Shown here: positions 11,400 to 24,779 of the stretch, piece by piece
How positions within the stretch are numbered: position 1 is the stretch's first letter
How the letters are laid out: each line of letters starts with the position of its first letter
Assembly: GCF_006345805.1 (NCBI RefSeq)
Contig: NW_021832224.1
Span: 1 to 64,000 of the forward strand
DNA: 64,000 bases
Direction: 5' to 3'
From: Octopus sinensis
Lineage: Eukaryota
Position numbers and translations under genes: made by a program
Notes under the pieces: generated by a model
What the model was told of the DNA's origin: nothing
The model's input: the letters and a program-made list of their open reading frames with translations, nothing else
The model's database searches: none

Positions 11400-12206
11400 C
11401 TGATCATACTTGTTTGTAAATACTTCCCAACAAATATACGAGATTCCATTCTAAAGAATACACGCTACAATTTTCTGGTGACTAATAATCCATACGGATA
11501 TCACTGGTGGAGTATTTTAATGATCTATTTCCCATTTTGTTTTATCCCACGTGTTTGCCACGTCTCCTAAAATAACTTTTTATGAGGGTTCAAACATTTG
11601 ATAACTCGATTCGTGTGATATACAATTAGGTCATCAATTCAACAAAAAGAGATTGAATTAAACGAAGGTTCGCTGTAGTGTTTATTATAAGAAAACAAGG
11701 GAAAATGACAGCCGAGCTCTTCAAGATACATCCTGGAAGCTTTAGAAGAAAGTAAGTAATTATTTTGTTGAATGTATCATCTGGGTTTGTTCCAGATCGA
11801 AATGCACTGGATCTCCTCTTTTAATTTAGGAATCTCATGAACACTCAGACTAAACCTAAATTCTAGTTTAAGCGTGCAACGGCGTGTCTTTTTCAACTTA
11901 AATATTCTGGTACTGGTTAGAATAGTAACAAACTTCTAGTTCATGTAGAAGACATGGGAAGATATCTGATACAAATGTCAGGTTTCGAGTTCATATGCTG
12001 TCCAAAACTTTGGAAATCGGACTATCTGGCAGAGATGGAGACCCATGTTCGTTCTTTACACTTGATGTCTCACGGAGGCGTCAACAAAATTTCTCTTTCG
12101 CCGACATTACTTTATCGTGAAAAGTGAGGTCATAAGAAAAGTCATATCAGAGTGCGATGTCTGCAAGTTTTCTCTTCCACTTAAAGTTAAGTCTGTTTTA
12201 GTAATG
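11400..12206 (-). mobile_element. Highly degraded 3' part of an R4-like element, probably interrupted by the adjacent hAT
   Basis: Weak similarity to the post-RT region of the 4.9-7.1 kb copy (KKTRRCTLKLEF vs KKTHMATIKEF); collinear with the 13.6-14.6 kb remnant. Confidence 0.4.
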
Positions 12207-12214
12207 GTTTAGAC

Positions 12215-13596
12215 CAGGGGTTCTCAACCTTTTTAGCTCAAGGGCCAAATCGATAATTAAGATTAGCTTCGCGGGCCGCACAAAAAATATTTTATATATT
12301 TTTATGTTTTCCAAGCCGGTAACTCGCTTGCAATCCGAAGTGCAGCCACTGCTGATGCGTAATGAGTTTTTGGGCTCTTTTTTTTCTTTTTTTAATTTCC
12401 ATTTCCTTTATAAAGAAATACAAGCTAAAAAATCTAAAAAAGGCGTTGTAACTAAAAAGAAAGTATTATTTGTTTATTAAGTTTTTGAAATCCGGAATAA
12501 GTAAAGTCGAAGAAGTTCTTAAAAGCTGACTCAAGTGATTATCCGTGAGTTTGTTACGATATTTATTTTTTATGCGAATCATTTTACTAAATATTGATTC
12601 GCATAAATATGTAGATCCAAACATTGATATATTCATATATGCATTGTGTGTTATATTTTTGAATTTGTCTTGAGGAATTAATTTGTAAAAATTAATAATG
12701 GACGCTTTTTTGAACAATGCCGCCAGTTCTATATCATGTTGTAAATTAATGAGTTCTAGTTGAAACTTGACAGGCGCATCCTTAATTTCCACGCTGAATG
12801 GAGTTGCGAATATTTTCATTAAAGGAAGGAATTCTTTAAAATTCTAAAAATTAAATTTATATAAATGTACCCAAAACGTGCTTCAAATTGATTAATTAAA
12901 TCACCAATTATGGATATGTATTTTTCATAAGCAGCGCCTTCGTTGTTTTCAGATAGTGAATAAAAATGAGATGTATCTCCCTCTTTAAGGGAAGTCATCC
13001 ATAAATATAATTTTTCGATAAACGAAGAAATATATCCATATAACTGATAACAGAGTTTGCCTTTTCCTTGTAATTCAACATTGAGATCCGACAAATGCGT
13101 GGTTAAATCAACATAAAAAGCCAAATAGGCAATCCTTCTTTCATCGTAAAGTTCATCGAAAATTACTTTGTCTTTGGTAAACTCCTTAATTTCTGGAAGC
13201 AATTTATAGAAACTTTAATAAAATTATATACTGTACCTATTAAGGCATTTCGAACGACTTAACCACTTCACTTCAGTATGAAGAATAACATCTTCATACT
13301 CAGCATTAACTTCTTCCAAAAAAGATTTAAAATATCGGTGATCGAGCTTTTGAGCGTATCCAATTAACGATATTAACGACTTTTTTGGAAACATGTTCCA
13401 TTTTAATGGACTTGGCGATAAGATTTTCCTGGTGAATTATGCAGTGATGCCATATTAATTGATCGAAACTATTTTCGGTTATATCTTTGGAACAATCAAT
13501 AAATAATTAAATTTTAACATTATTAAAAAATTAAAAAAGTTAGTTACTCTAGAGGGGCCGCAAAAAAATCCTGCGGGCCGCATTTGAGAACCGCTG
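12215..13596 (-). mobile_element. hAT element with 5'-deleted SPIN/GTF2IRD2-like transposase
   Basis: TIRs CAGGGGTTCTCAA / TTGAGAACCGCTG; 8-bp TSD GTTTAGAC at 12207-12214 and 13597-13604. Motifs HCIIHQENL, TEVKWLSR, FYVDLTTHL..LN..LQGK and FGSTYLCE..FS.M. Confidence 0.95.
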
Positions 13597-13604
13597 GTTT
13601 AGAC

Positions 13605-14640
13605 CGTGGATGAAACTAACCATGTTTTCGCCACTGCTACGAATGAGCGAATCTGCCAGGCTATTAGTCCTCTTTATGACTGCATCTGAAATAGAGGTCA
13701 TCGAATTATTTTTCAGAACGCTGCTATTCTTGTTTTTTAATACTTAGTCCTCTTCTCAAGTAATGATAACCATCCATTTTGTCATGCAGCGTGGCTTTGC
13801 TGCTCAACCCTTCGAGATTAGTTGCAGGCTTTTTAGCATTTTGTTCCAGTCAGGCAGCTTGAAAGAATTTATCAACCTCGGCCATCATCCCCATTACAGC
13901 GTCTTTCTTCCAAACAATGTTAGGTTGTCCATGATGTCCGTGATATCATGAGAGCAGGGGTGATCTTCATGTATTCGCTAACCATTCCATTTATTCCAAA
14001 CAATATCTTTTTTAAGTAGTACGCATAAGACTTTTGGGGTCAGCTTATCCATATTAAAGAGAATTTATTTGAGCACTTTCTAACATTATAGATTTCAGCC
14101 ATGTGATTCTTTTCTTTGATCCATTGGAAAGTTAGACTTTCTTCCCGACATTTATCCCGACGCTTCAGGTTCTCCACAGACTGACGTATTTCGTTAAAAG
14201 CCTGGATTATCATAGACCATCGTGGAATCTTTTTGAATTTTTCCCGAGAGACATTAACCACTTTATTCGCCCACTTGGTCATGTCCATCTGCGTTACTTG
14301 ATCGATGATAGCCCGTAACGATAACAGATTAGCAGGGCAATCAGAATGTGATACCAGACTGGGAGAATGGGTAACAGATTCTTGCGCACCGAGCTGCCCA
14401 TGGACCACACAATCTACGTTATTGGTGGTTTCTCTTTCTTTATCTTCTATTAGAAACGTTCTTTTAAGCCAACTGTGCCCACTACAACACTAAACGCTGA
14501 ATCTTTGCAAGTTTGTATAGATTTGGCATGCGAGTAATCGGCTTTGGATTTTGGATGAGTCAAAAATTTCTTTTTTCGAATAAAATAGGTAATTCCAGTG
14601 TAACACCACTCATCTAATGTGTGCTTTCTATATAGCTACT
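13605..14640 (-). mobile_element. R4-like non-LTR retrotransposon remnant
   Basis: Clear DNA similarity to 5.9-6.9 kb (e.g. GAATTTATCAACCTCGGCCATCATCC vs GAATTGATCAACCTTGGCCATCATCC); RT remnants. Confidence 0.75.
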
Positions 14641-14654
14641 TTCTTACAAAAGTC

Positions 14655-15040
14655 ATCGTGCGCTGCAGTGAACTTTAAAAGGGAATTTATATATCGTGTG
14701 GGATGTTACCTGCGTAGACTCATTTTCCTCATCATCGTTGGTTGACTCCGCTTCTCGTCCTCGATCTGCATCTGCCCTTGCCGAATCTAGGAAAACTGCA
14801 AAATATGGCTCTTTGACCGATACCTGCTGCTTCATTCCCCTGGCTTTCGAGACCAGTGGGATAATAGGACCCAAAGCCCTCAAACTCCTCTCAGAGATTG
14901 GTTTAATCATCTCGAGAAACGAGTCGTAACGAGCTGGATTTTTCAGCGGATATCGTTTGCGATATTACGTGGAAATTGCCTGTCCATCCGCTCGGCGACT
15001 CATCTGATTTAGTTAACTTTTCTAATAATTTTACTAAATT
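14655..15040 (+). mobile_element. CRE-clade RLE non-LTR retrotransposon 3' fragment
   Basis: WDVTCVDS...AESRKTAKY..L...FIPLAFETSG..G..A..LL.EIG is the CRE-type restriction-like endonuclease C-terminus, followed by an A-rich end. Confidence 0.8.
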
Positions 15041-15049
15041 TAAAAAAAA

Positions 15050-16620
15050 GGAAGAATCTATCCAGCGAATTTATAAACATTTACAACCAGATAGATTATA
15101 TAATCTGTCGATCTAAAGACAAAGCTCCTTTCACTGACGCAAGGTCATATAGTGGGTCAAACATGACCACAAAATGGTCATTGCAAGAATATCCCTGAAT
15201 AAACGTCGACACAAAACAAATATCAAAGGGAGGCAGGATATCCTTAGGAAGAGAAAACTCGACCTAAATGGACTCTCAATACAACAAAAGGGAGATAACT
15301 ATAGGCAATGCCTTGATACGTATTTGGGAAGTGTGGAAACAAATCAACCATTCCCCAAACTCTGAGGACAAATCCGAAAATCAATACGAGGTGCAGCGGA
15401 GAAACAGCTCATGGACACAGAAATGGTTACCTCGTCACCAAATGGAACAATGATCCTTGTGAAGAAACAAAAATCTATTTGGCTACAATATTTAAATACG
15501 GAGGACAAACAAATCAAAGATAAACTTGGTCGGGAAAGATCGAATATTAAGTAGAAGATCAAGAAGTGCGTGTCTTATATGTCAAGGAAGGAGGCTGAGA
15601 AACAGATTAAGGCCATGGAAGCCTTGAAAGACAATGGAAGGTATTATGAGGCAATCAGATTATTACGAGGACGTAAACACAGACAACCACTAATCATAAA
15701 TGACAGACGAATTGCAGATTCCGCAGAATTAGCAGAACTAATCGCCGGCCACTTTGAGAAACTGTTTGGATCCAACAGCAAAGGAATTGATGGATATACC
15801 GGGCATCCCAGGAAATTGGAGTTGGAAATAACTCCTGCAGAAGTGCAAAGAGCATGTGATAAGCTCAAAAACAGGACCAGAAGGACTAGGACCAGAGCTA
15901 CTCAAGTATGGAAGTGAAAAGCTAAATGTCCTCATTGCGGACCTCTTCAACGGAATGTTTAAAACAGACAACCATTTACCCCTTGGCCGAGGGATACTGG
16001 TCCCTGTCCAAAAACCGAACAAAGCTAAAGGAAAAGTGGAGAATCTGAAGCCATTAATCCTTATGAATAGCATACGGAAAGTTATTGCAATCATTACGCT
16101 AGAAAGAATAAAACCTCGCACCGAACTATTTATATTCCCTTTTCACAGCGGATTTCGGGAAGGAAGATCGACTTTTGACATCTTGTGGACCCATAGATGG
16201 CATTGTTCCGCCATTCAAAATTTCAAAAATGCGACATACATTCTTGGCATAGATATGTCAAGAGCTTTTGATTAATCGTCAGAAATTAATCCTCGCAGGA
16301 TTCCTTGATGAATCTTCTATCCGGATGATCAGGGCACTCTTGTCATTTGAAACAACATCTAGAACACCTCAGGGGGATCCGTTATCTCCTATACTGTTTG
16401 TCATATCGTGGGCGACCAAGAAATACTCTCCCGGGTACGCTGGATAGAGACCTAAAGAAGGCTGGTAAAGAATTGAAGGACGGGGACGATGCACTGCGGG
16501 ACGTCGCCCAAGATCGCGGGAAATGGAACAAACTAATTACTCGTATTGTTTCCTGCACAAGCTTTGTCATGATCCATGAAAAAAGTGCCTACAATAATCA
16601 GCAGTTGTGTCTTTTCCGTT
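15050..16620 (+). mobile_element. Degraded RTE-like (APE-RT) LINE
   Basis: RT: GPEGLGPELLKYG...ILVPVQKPNK..GFREGRST.DILW..RW...ILGIDMSRAFD; C-terminus RGRPRNTLP...LRDVAQDRGKW. Confidence 0.88.
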
Positions 16621-16704
16621 AATTATTCATTAATTAGTTTAGTAAATTATTTTGGTAGTTTAATAAATATTTGAAAAGCTGACAGAACAACAATTAGATT
16701 ATAA

Positions 16705-17606
16705 ATGTGGTTTTTGAAGAGGAATATTTATTTGTCCATCCTCTGTTCAATACTGATTGTGATACTTATTTGTCTGTTCAGAAGAGACGTTGGCAAATAT
16801 CGTTCTCCGCCTGCCCTTCCAATTTTGGAGGGGAGAATATTTTGCATGATCTTAACGTCGGGTTCCAACTTTCAAACCAGGGGAGAGGCAGTGGTGAATA
16901 CGTGGGGTGGACGATGCGACAGGCAATTTTATATTGTGGGCAACTCCACCGCGACGGATCCCCGCGTGGTTAGGCTGGATGTGAATGATGACTACGATCA
17001 CCTCCCTTCCAAGACATTTGGGGGACTACGACATATCCAGGAGAACTACGCGGACAGTTATGACTGGGTGGTCAAGGCAGACGACGACACGTACATCATC
17101 ATGGATAACCTCCGTTCCTTCCTCGCCCCACGAAACTGCAATGACACAATTTCCTTCGGACTCAAATTCTACATGTTCTTTGAGAATGGCTACTTCAGTG
17201 GAGGTGCCTCCTACATCCTCAGTAAGGCCGCCGTGGAGAAGGTCACCCACGCCAACAGAGAGCAAGTATTCCTTCCTCTCACAGCTAGGTCAGTGAGTGC
17301 TCTGCGGTGAAGGGCATTGAGGATCTCGAGATAGGGCGTTGTCTCAATCACCTCCAAGTAGACCTGATATCAGACGAGTCGGAACCAACCAGATTCTCCG
17401 CCTTCGACCACAATACTGCTCCTTTCAAAGTGGACTATGACTGGTTCATCAAATACCGACAATTGGACAAACATCCTGTATTGCCACTGAAGGATGTTTA
17501 GGAACGCAATCGACTGAACAGACAACTCATTTCTCTCCACTATGTCAGTCCCTCTCAAATGGCTGTCGTCGATTATTTATTGTACAACGTTACTGTGGCT
17601 CAATAA
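16705..17606 (+). CDS. C1GALT1: Core-1 beta-1,3-galactosyltransferase (T-synthase)-like, GT31
   Basis: N-terminal TM segment; RIFCMILTS...AV.NTWG.RCD; YDWVVKADDDTYIIMDNLR.FL; GYFSGGASYILSKAA; EDLEIGRCL; ISLHYV after splicing 23- and 24-nt introns. Confidence 0.9.
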
Positions 17607-17683
17607 TTTACTAAGAACATTCCTTATTAGCATAATGTATTCAATATTTAAGAAATGTCTTGTTGTGTCCATTCTAATGACCG

Positions 17684-18708
17684 ATGAATATTCTATACAG
17701 AAATTGTCGAATCAAATTATGTATATTAGCAGTACTCGTATTATATTTGGTGATCATTAATCACAACGTGACTTCTAATATTCACCATTTCGGAGTCGTC
17801 TCCGACAGTGACCTAACTGTCTCCGTCGGACCGATTTGTAGTAACCTGCTGAGAGGGAAGTTAATGCACAAGGACAACCATTTCTCCCTATCCTTCGGGG
17901 ATAGTGCTGCCCAGATTTGTTCTGACAACAAGTTTGGAGGGAGGGGCATGGAACTCTCCGAATTGGTCGTCTATGCCAAACGTCTTTTGACTGTCGACGA
18001 CAAAACAGGAATTATTTATGAGATCAGAGGACACGTGGCCACCGAGTGGATTCGCTTGCGTGACGGGGAGGGGTTGGTGGACAAACGTTGGTGGTTTATA
18101 ATACGGCAGCATTCAAGGCAGAGTGGGCCACAGTCATGGACGGGCAGCTCTATGTCGGGGCGGTCGGCAAGGTCTACACCAATGAGAGAGGCCACGTTCT
18201 CCACTCCAACCCACTTTGGGTGAAGGTCATCGACCAACACGGCAACGTCCACAGCCTGAATTGGAGAAAGAATTACGACGCCCTGGCCAGTGCATTGGAT
18301 ATCCGTCACCCGGGTACTCTTGAATGTCTCACTGCAGGGTACGTAGTCCACGAGGCTGTTCTGTGGAGTTCCGTCCATCGTCGTTGGTTCTTCTTCCCCC
18401 GTTTCATAAGTGATGAAATATACTCCTCACAAACTCAGAAAAAGAGCGGCGCCAATCACATTCTCACTGCCGACCCTGATTTCTCAGACATCCGAATAAT
18501 CCGAGTCGGCCACAGAAATCTCTCACGGGGGTTTTCTTCCGTTCGATTTGTCCCTGGGTCGGGGGAGTCTGTTTTTATGGGCTTGAAGACACACGAGGGG
18601 GACACGAGACAGGAAACCTATGCCCTCATCTTCAACCTCCAGGGCGTTGTATTATTCCCCGAGACTAAGTTTGCTGATTTGAAATATGAAGGCCTCGAGT
18701 TTATTTGA
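17684..18708 (+). CDS. CANT1: Calcium-activated nucleotidase / Cimex-type apyrase
   Basis: GRGMELSEL....LLTVDDKTGIIYEI; FKAEWATV.DG.LYVG..GK; YVVHEAVLWS..HRRWFFFPR; RGFSSVRFVPG; LKYEGLEFI*. Confidence 0.93.
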
Positions 18709-18949
18709 CTATACTCTTAATATTATATTTCTCAGTCAGATTTAGAATATTGATTTCTTTTTCGAGATTATTTGTTTTAAGGGACAAAGGGGAGGAGTCA
18801 AAGAGATATCGAAACATTTCCGCGCATATGACAAGCGACTTGAATGGAAGGGTTAAGTAACTGTTGAGGGAAATGCTATTAAAATAGTTTTTAAAATATG
18901 AAAGCTTTAGTTGTGCTCTATTTACAAATAATACTATCACCAAAGCAAC

Positions 18950-21900
18950 ATGAGAAGCGGTGTTTATTATTTAAATTATACTTATTCCTTGTCTCATACT
19001 CGTTTTCAGATGAGCACTACCCATATCTCAATCTTTTCAAGTACTGTTCAACCGACTCTCCTCATGTCATCAAGGACCCTCAATTAAAATGTCGAGTTTT
19101 TTCTTTATCCGTGAATGGAGGAAACTTTATTCATGTTACCAAGCCCGGCGAAATGAGTCTAACAGCCAGATTCTGCTATCTTCAAATAAAACTTATGAAA
19201 AGGAAACACTTTCTCGTGACTCTCGACGTCACCTGCACTGATGACCAGCATGTCAGATTGTCGATATCTAATTCTTTAAAACAATTCCGGTCAACTCCGA
19301 CATCTCTGCACTTTCCCTATTCGGTTGTTGCAGATGACACGGGTCCGTTTATTTATGAGTAGTTCCAGGCATCGATGGTAAGAAGCCACGATGGACCATT
19401 CTCCAGCTGGACCTCGTGCAAATAATTTCTATTTATGCGAACAAGACATTTGCACGGCTTCGTTCCATCAAATTTTATGCCAATTTATATGTCAAGTGTG
19501 CATATTGCAGCAGTGTCGACTACGTTCCAGGCTTCAATTTTAACTCATTGGACAGGTGTTGCATACGGAAGTTACAAGAAAAAGGATTTGGGAGCAGACA
19601 ACCACCTGCCTTTGCCGCGTGAAATGAACTATCCACTCACTCCGGGGCGTGAATGGAGTGATTCCTACGACTTTGTACGGTTCCCCTCCGACGCAAAAAG
19701 ACCCCCATTTGATTCAATTCAGGACACACCTGGTCATGGAATATTCAAAATTAAATGTTGTATTTTATTTCGGTAATTTAGCCCAACCGCCACTTGATTT
19801 TATCACCCCGACATTCTTCAGGGAGAAATGTTCTAACAAGTCTGTGAATCGCAACCTTTCGATGATCCACGACTTAGTCACTATAGACAACGTGGTATCA
19901 CTCTTTTTAAGTTTTCAAAGAATCACGTCAAAAAAAAAATCGTGGAACTACCAACCTGCGATTTACGTGACAACGAGAGCTCATTTCACGTGTTCCCCAA
20001 TCTAAAGGAAGATGACTGCTCGGACAGTCTGGGTATTTCTCAAGTCACATTTTACTTGAAACTATTCAGATCAAAAACAGAACGGGACGTATTTCTGATT
20101 ATATTGTCGATACTATTGGAGCTGTTTCAATGGTATGTTTGTGTACGATCACTTCCAAGGCACTTTGGGCATGTATAAATCGGGAAATTGTATATCCCTC
20201 AAATGAAGTCGTCGTCTGTCTGGATCTCGAAAACAATCGTAAACGCTGTTTTTTGTCAAATTGTGGAATTGTGTGATTGTTTTATTCATCATTAAGGTAA
20301 CAGCGGTGGCTCTCGACGAAAACGAAAAGCAATTGGCGGGCGCTGCAGGAGGACATGTAATGATTTGGCGATTCAAAAGCTCTCAATTTGTAGCCTCCCA
20401 TAAAGTGGAAGTCGGGAATATAGAACACTTAAGGTGATCTTCATATATGTGTGATTTAATCCAGGTTTACGGGCCCGAATACTATTTTGGCTATCGGAAT
20501 TACAAACTCGGGAGCGCGAGTATAATATAGTTCTTAATTTAAGAATTTCACGACACTCCAAATAATCAAAAGTGGAAATAAATTTTCTTTGAAAATAAAC
20601 TCGTGCAATAAATGCGAGGATTCTCATACAGGGAGTTGTTATTCTGAGTCCACAAACCTGGACTATTCACGTCAATTAGTAATTATTAGTCCCCATCTCA
20701 TAATGTACACAAAACTCGTTCATTTTTGAAGATCACTCACAAATGTTCCCACCACATTAAGAATTTTCCGTTTGAAGCATGGTCAGTTAAAATCCACCAT
20801 TTTTCAGCAAAAATGCTCCGACTGGGAGTATTCAGCAATTTGCGGAGGCAAGAAGGATGGAGACTTATTCAAAACATTGTGAAATTTTTTTATTGACAGC
20901 ACAGAATTTTGGGAACAAAGTGCGGAAGAGTTGTTGAATTGGATTCTCAAAGTCTCAAAATAATTTCAACAGTCAAACTTTTTTCGCAAAGGGCTGGAAC
21001 TGGTTGCACGACAAGTTTGTTCATAAATTGGTATTCCAAGACAATCCCCACTGGATTACGTCCTTGGCTTATAATGAAGATTACCTCTGCACTTCATATG
21101 CTGACTCAGTCGTCAGGATTTGGTGTAATGACACATGTCTTATTGAGGCGGGTATTTATTTTTGTTATTTTAAGAAATTGACGGCATTTGCTTTTTTCTC
21201 AACTTTTCGTGTGATCATTATAATCTCCTCGTTGGTACTGATTCGGTAGTTTTTTGATATTTAAAACTTTTATTTTGAATTTTGTTAATCAACTTAGGGT
21301 TCGTTGGGGATTTTAAACGTCGAAAAAAGGAGCTATCAAAACGTTGTGTGCGGGCACTCGGAAAAGTTGGTCGCAATGACAGTCGATCCGTTCTGTCAAA
21401 TTTTGGTCACTGCAACAGCCTCTTTGATAAAAATGTGGCCGATTTGCAATGTTGGTGAAGGGCAAGTCCAGAACGCACAAAAGTCGAAGATTTCGATAGA
21501 AACTGAAAACAAAAAACTTTCTATTTTGGTGTGCCATCCAATTGGGAACATAATTGCATATGGCTTTCTTGATGGACGTGTTGAGGTGATTTATTTGGAC
21601 AAGAACGAAGAAATTGTTGAGATAAAGTTGCTGCCTTATTTTATTAATATTCTCAGACACCATCGAGACAAAATTATAGGTTTACAATTCACTGTGGGAG
21701 GGCTGTTCTTGTGTTCTGCCTCGGCTACTGGAGTTATGGCCATCCACGAGATTAGTCAGCGTGGAGATTTTTCTTTGAAGAGATCGATTAATGCAAATAT
21801 TCTCCCAAATGAAGGCGGGGAGAATTCTCTTGCTTTATGTTGTGACGGGAATTTGCTGTCATATATTTCCAGCTCTAATTGTGTAATGATTGTCGATGGG

Positions 21901-24652
21901 CTGACTTTGGACACTCTAATGTGCTTGGACGTGGATTCCGCCGCTCAATCCATCGGCTTTGACGGGGAATTGAACGCCAAAGGCAGTTACTATGTTACAG
22001 AAGGACTTGTTGTAACAACCGACGCAAATATTTTGCTTTTTTTCGATCAAAACGATGGCTTGTTGATAGACCATGTCAAACTCGCAAGTGGTAGATTGGA
22101 TAAAATCTCATTGTGTGGGAAATCCAGCACGATTGCTGTATTTCACGGCAATCGTTTTTTATTATTTGAACTGATTACAAGAAAATTTTTCGAGATGATG
22201 GTCTCGGTGTCTTTTATTTTTAGAACGTTAACGTTTTCTTGTCTGGAATCCGGCATGTCGAATTTTGGGGAGAAGCGACTCAAATTGTAACTTTGGGGGA
22301 GGGAATCATTTTTTGGGATTTTTCTATTGAGTTCCCATCGTAAGATCTGTCCTTTATTATTAGAAACGGAACTCGCATCAATGAGAATGTCGAGTGGGAG
22401 GTCCAACGTATTGAAGAAAGTGTTCCAAACGGTATTCACTGCTTTTCTATTTTCAGAAATAATAAAGCCGCACGTGGAATCAGTCGGAATACAGACTGAA
22501 CGAAAAGTTAATAAAAAGAGAGTAAATATATTTTCAACACATTTTTTCAGTTTATGCCCCAAAAGGCGATCAATTTTGGAGGTCCAACGAATTCCTGCGT
22601 TGTGGTCGACGACAGCGCTGTAATATACTCTCAGCGAAATTGGTTGATTTTTGAGGAGATCATTTCTGGAAAACAACTGTTCTTCTTTGGTTGCTGCTTT
22701 TATATTTATCTAAAGGCGGAGTAAAAGGGAATGTTGCAGCAATGGAATTTGACTACAATTATAAACATATCGCTGCTCTGTTTTGGAATGAAAAAATGAC
22801 AATAGTCGTGCACAAATTAATCAACCACGCTCTGAGCAACAAAATTGAATTTTCTGCGGGCGAATTGAACAAAGACAGCACTTCAACATGTATCCTCGGT
22901 TACTCCGACAGCGGCCGACATTTACTGTGCGCGGTTGATCGACACCTCCAGATTTGGAAAAACGAGGACATTAAATACATTTATGTGACAAGAATTGATT
23001 TTGCATTCCCTGCTATTTGCTGTTTCTTTGTGGGAACAGAAGGAAATCAAATTGTTTTGCTGCAAGGTCAAAATATAATTACTTGCCATTTCGATGGCAA
23101 CGTCAAAAAACAAACTTTTACCCACGATCAGGCAAGAATTGTGTTAAAACCGTTTTAGTTCGAGGAAATATCCGCTATTTGTCATTTGAATGACACTACA
23201 ATTGTTGTTGGATCCAAAAGTGGAGAAATTTCCATGTATTCAATTTTTACTGAGAAGAAATTCTTCAATTGGAGTGCTCACAGTTCAGGGATCTGTATAT
23301 TTGATATTTGATGTCTTAGTCTATTTAAAGCTGATTAAGAACAAACTAATTTCAATTAGTGTTGATGGAGAAATTGCTGGTTGGAATACCGCTGACAGCC
23401 AAAATGGTGGTAGGGTTGCTTCATTTCGTCATAAATGTTTTTCTGTTGGCCGTTCTGTTATTAAGTCTTCAATTTCGAAAGAATTTGTATTTGGTGTTAA
23501 GTAATAGTTTTCAGATAGCTTTGGTTAATGACATTGGGGATATCACTCTCGTCAATCACACTTCTTTTAGACAATGGAACATCCATAGACAAAGAACTGC
23601 ATCAGTGAGGACGGTGAATTTCATTTTTAGATAAAGGCTGCACATTTTTATGAGCATGACAGCGAGTGTGGTTTTGTAATATGCACTTCTGACGGACGTG
23701 TCGCGTTCCATTCGTCTGACACTTTCCGTAGTCAACTGGAATTCAGTGTTCCTCAATCAGTGTCTATTTGATGTTCTGATAGTAGAACTGTGTTTTAAAG
23801 GCTAACTGCACCAATAAAGGCGATTTGTTAGCAGTCTTCTATGGAGACAATAATCTTCGGATTTTTAATCTGCGAACTCGAATGACGAGACAAACATTCA
23901 ACTTTGGGGGGAATACTCCCTCGATAACTTGCATGGAATTTAATCGAAATGGTTAAGGTCGCAAATTTTGATATTAGGGGAAACTATTTTTCTCGGATTT
24001 GCAAATGGCGAAATTAAAATTTATTCACTTCTAAGTGAAAATGTAGTTGCGACCGAAACAGAACACTTTTTTGCGATTTCTTGCTTTGATTCAAATGTAT
24101 TTTAATCATTTTGATAACCTTAGATCGACAGTTGTCTAGCTCTCAGTTGCAGTAACGATCGCCATATAAATGTTTGGGCATTTAATTTAAATTCATTAAA
24201 AAGCGTATCTTCAATTTATCTTCGAGGTCCTTCTGTTCTTGACGTTGTATTCTTTTTTATTGATATTTTATTTCAAGGAAAATGGTCAGCAAATTCCACT
24301 TTGTCTTGCTCGTTTATGGAAGGACGCCCAGATATTTGTGACGTGCTACACGGACTGTCCTGAACTAACCTTGTTTGATTATCAGAGACAGCAGCCGGTG
24401 TGGTCATTACCCCTGTTGAGTTATGCCACATGCCTTTCAAGTTCATTGTCGCTACACTCATTGGCAATTGGAACGCAAGGTGGAATACGAATTTTATCAA
24501 TCACAGAAGGACTGAATATCTTGGAGGATGATGATTTGTGGGCGGAGACTTGCCACATGCAGACTATTTGGAATGCATCTTTCAGCAATGGGGGAAGATC
24601 TCTTATAACTCTATCAGGAGACGAAATTGTTTTTTGGGTTAATAAAGTGTAG
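18950..24652 (+). CDS. WDR90: WDR90/POC16 (CFA20/DUF667 domain plus WD40 repeats), many micro-introns
   Basis: HYPYLNLFKY...SLTARFCYL...KHFLVTLDV....VRLSISN..KQFRSTPTSLHFP and LPLPREMNYP..PG.EW.D.Y.FVRFP match the WDR90 N-terminus. WD40 exons continue to ITLSGDEIVFW. Confidence 0.85.
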
Positions 24653-24779
24653 TAGTGGTCTTGGTAAATATTATGAGATCAGTAATAAGTGCCCCAAAAA
24701 TTGGGGTTTGTTATTATTTTTTTAAATTAAATCAATAATAAACATCAAATAACATTTTTACCAGAATAATCAGTTATTT

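Noticed and set aside
10620-11400. Possible gene or ncRNA between the Ubl gene and the TE island (also 56860-57400 and 58440-58870)
   Set aside because: Only short ORFs; no recognisable protein, tRNA or snRNA signature.
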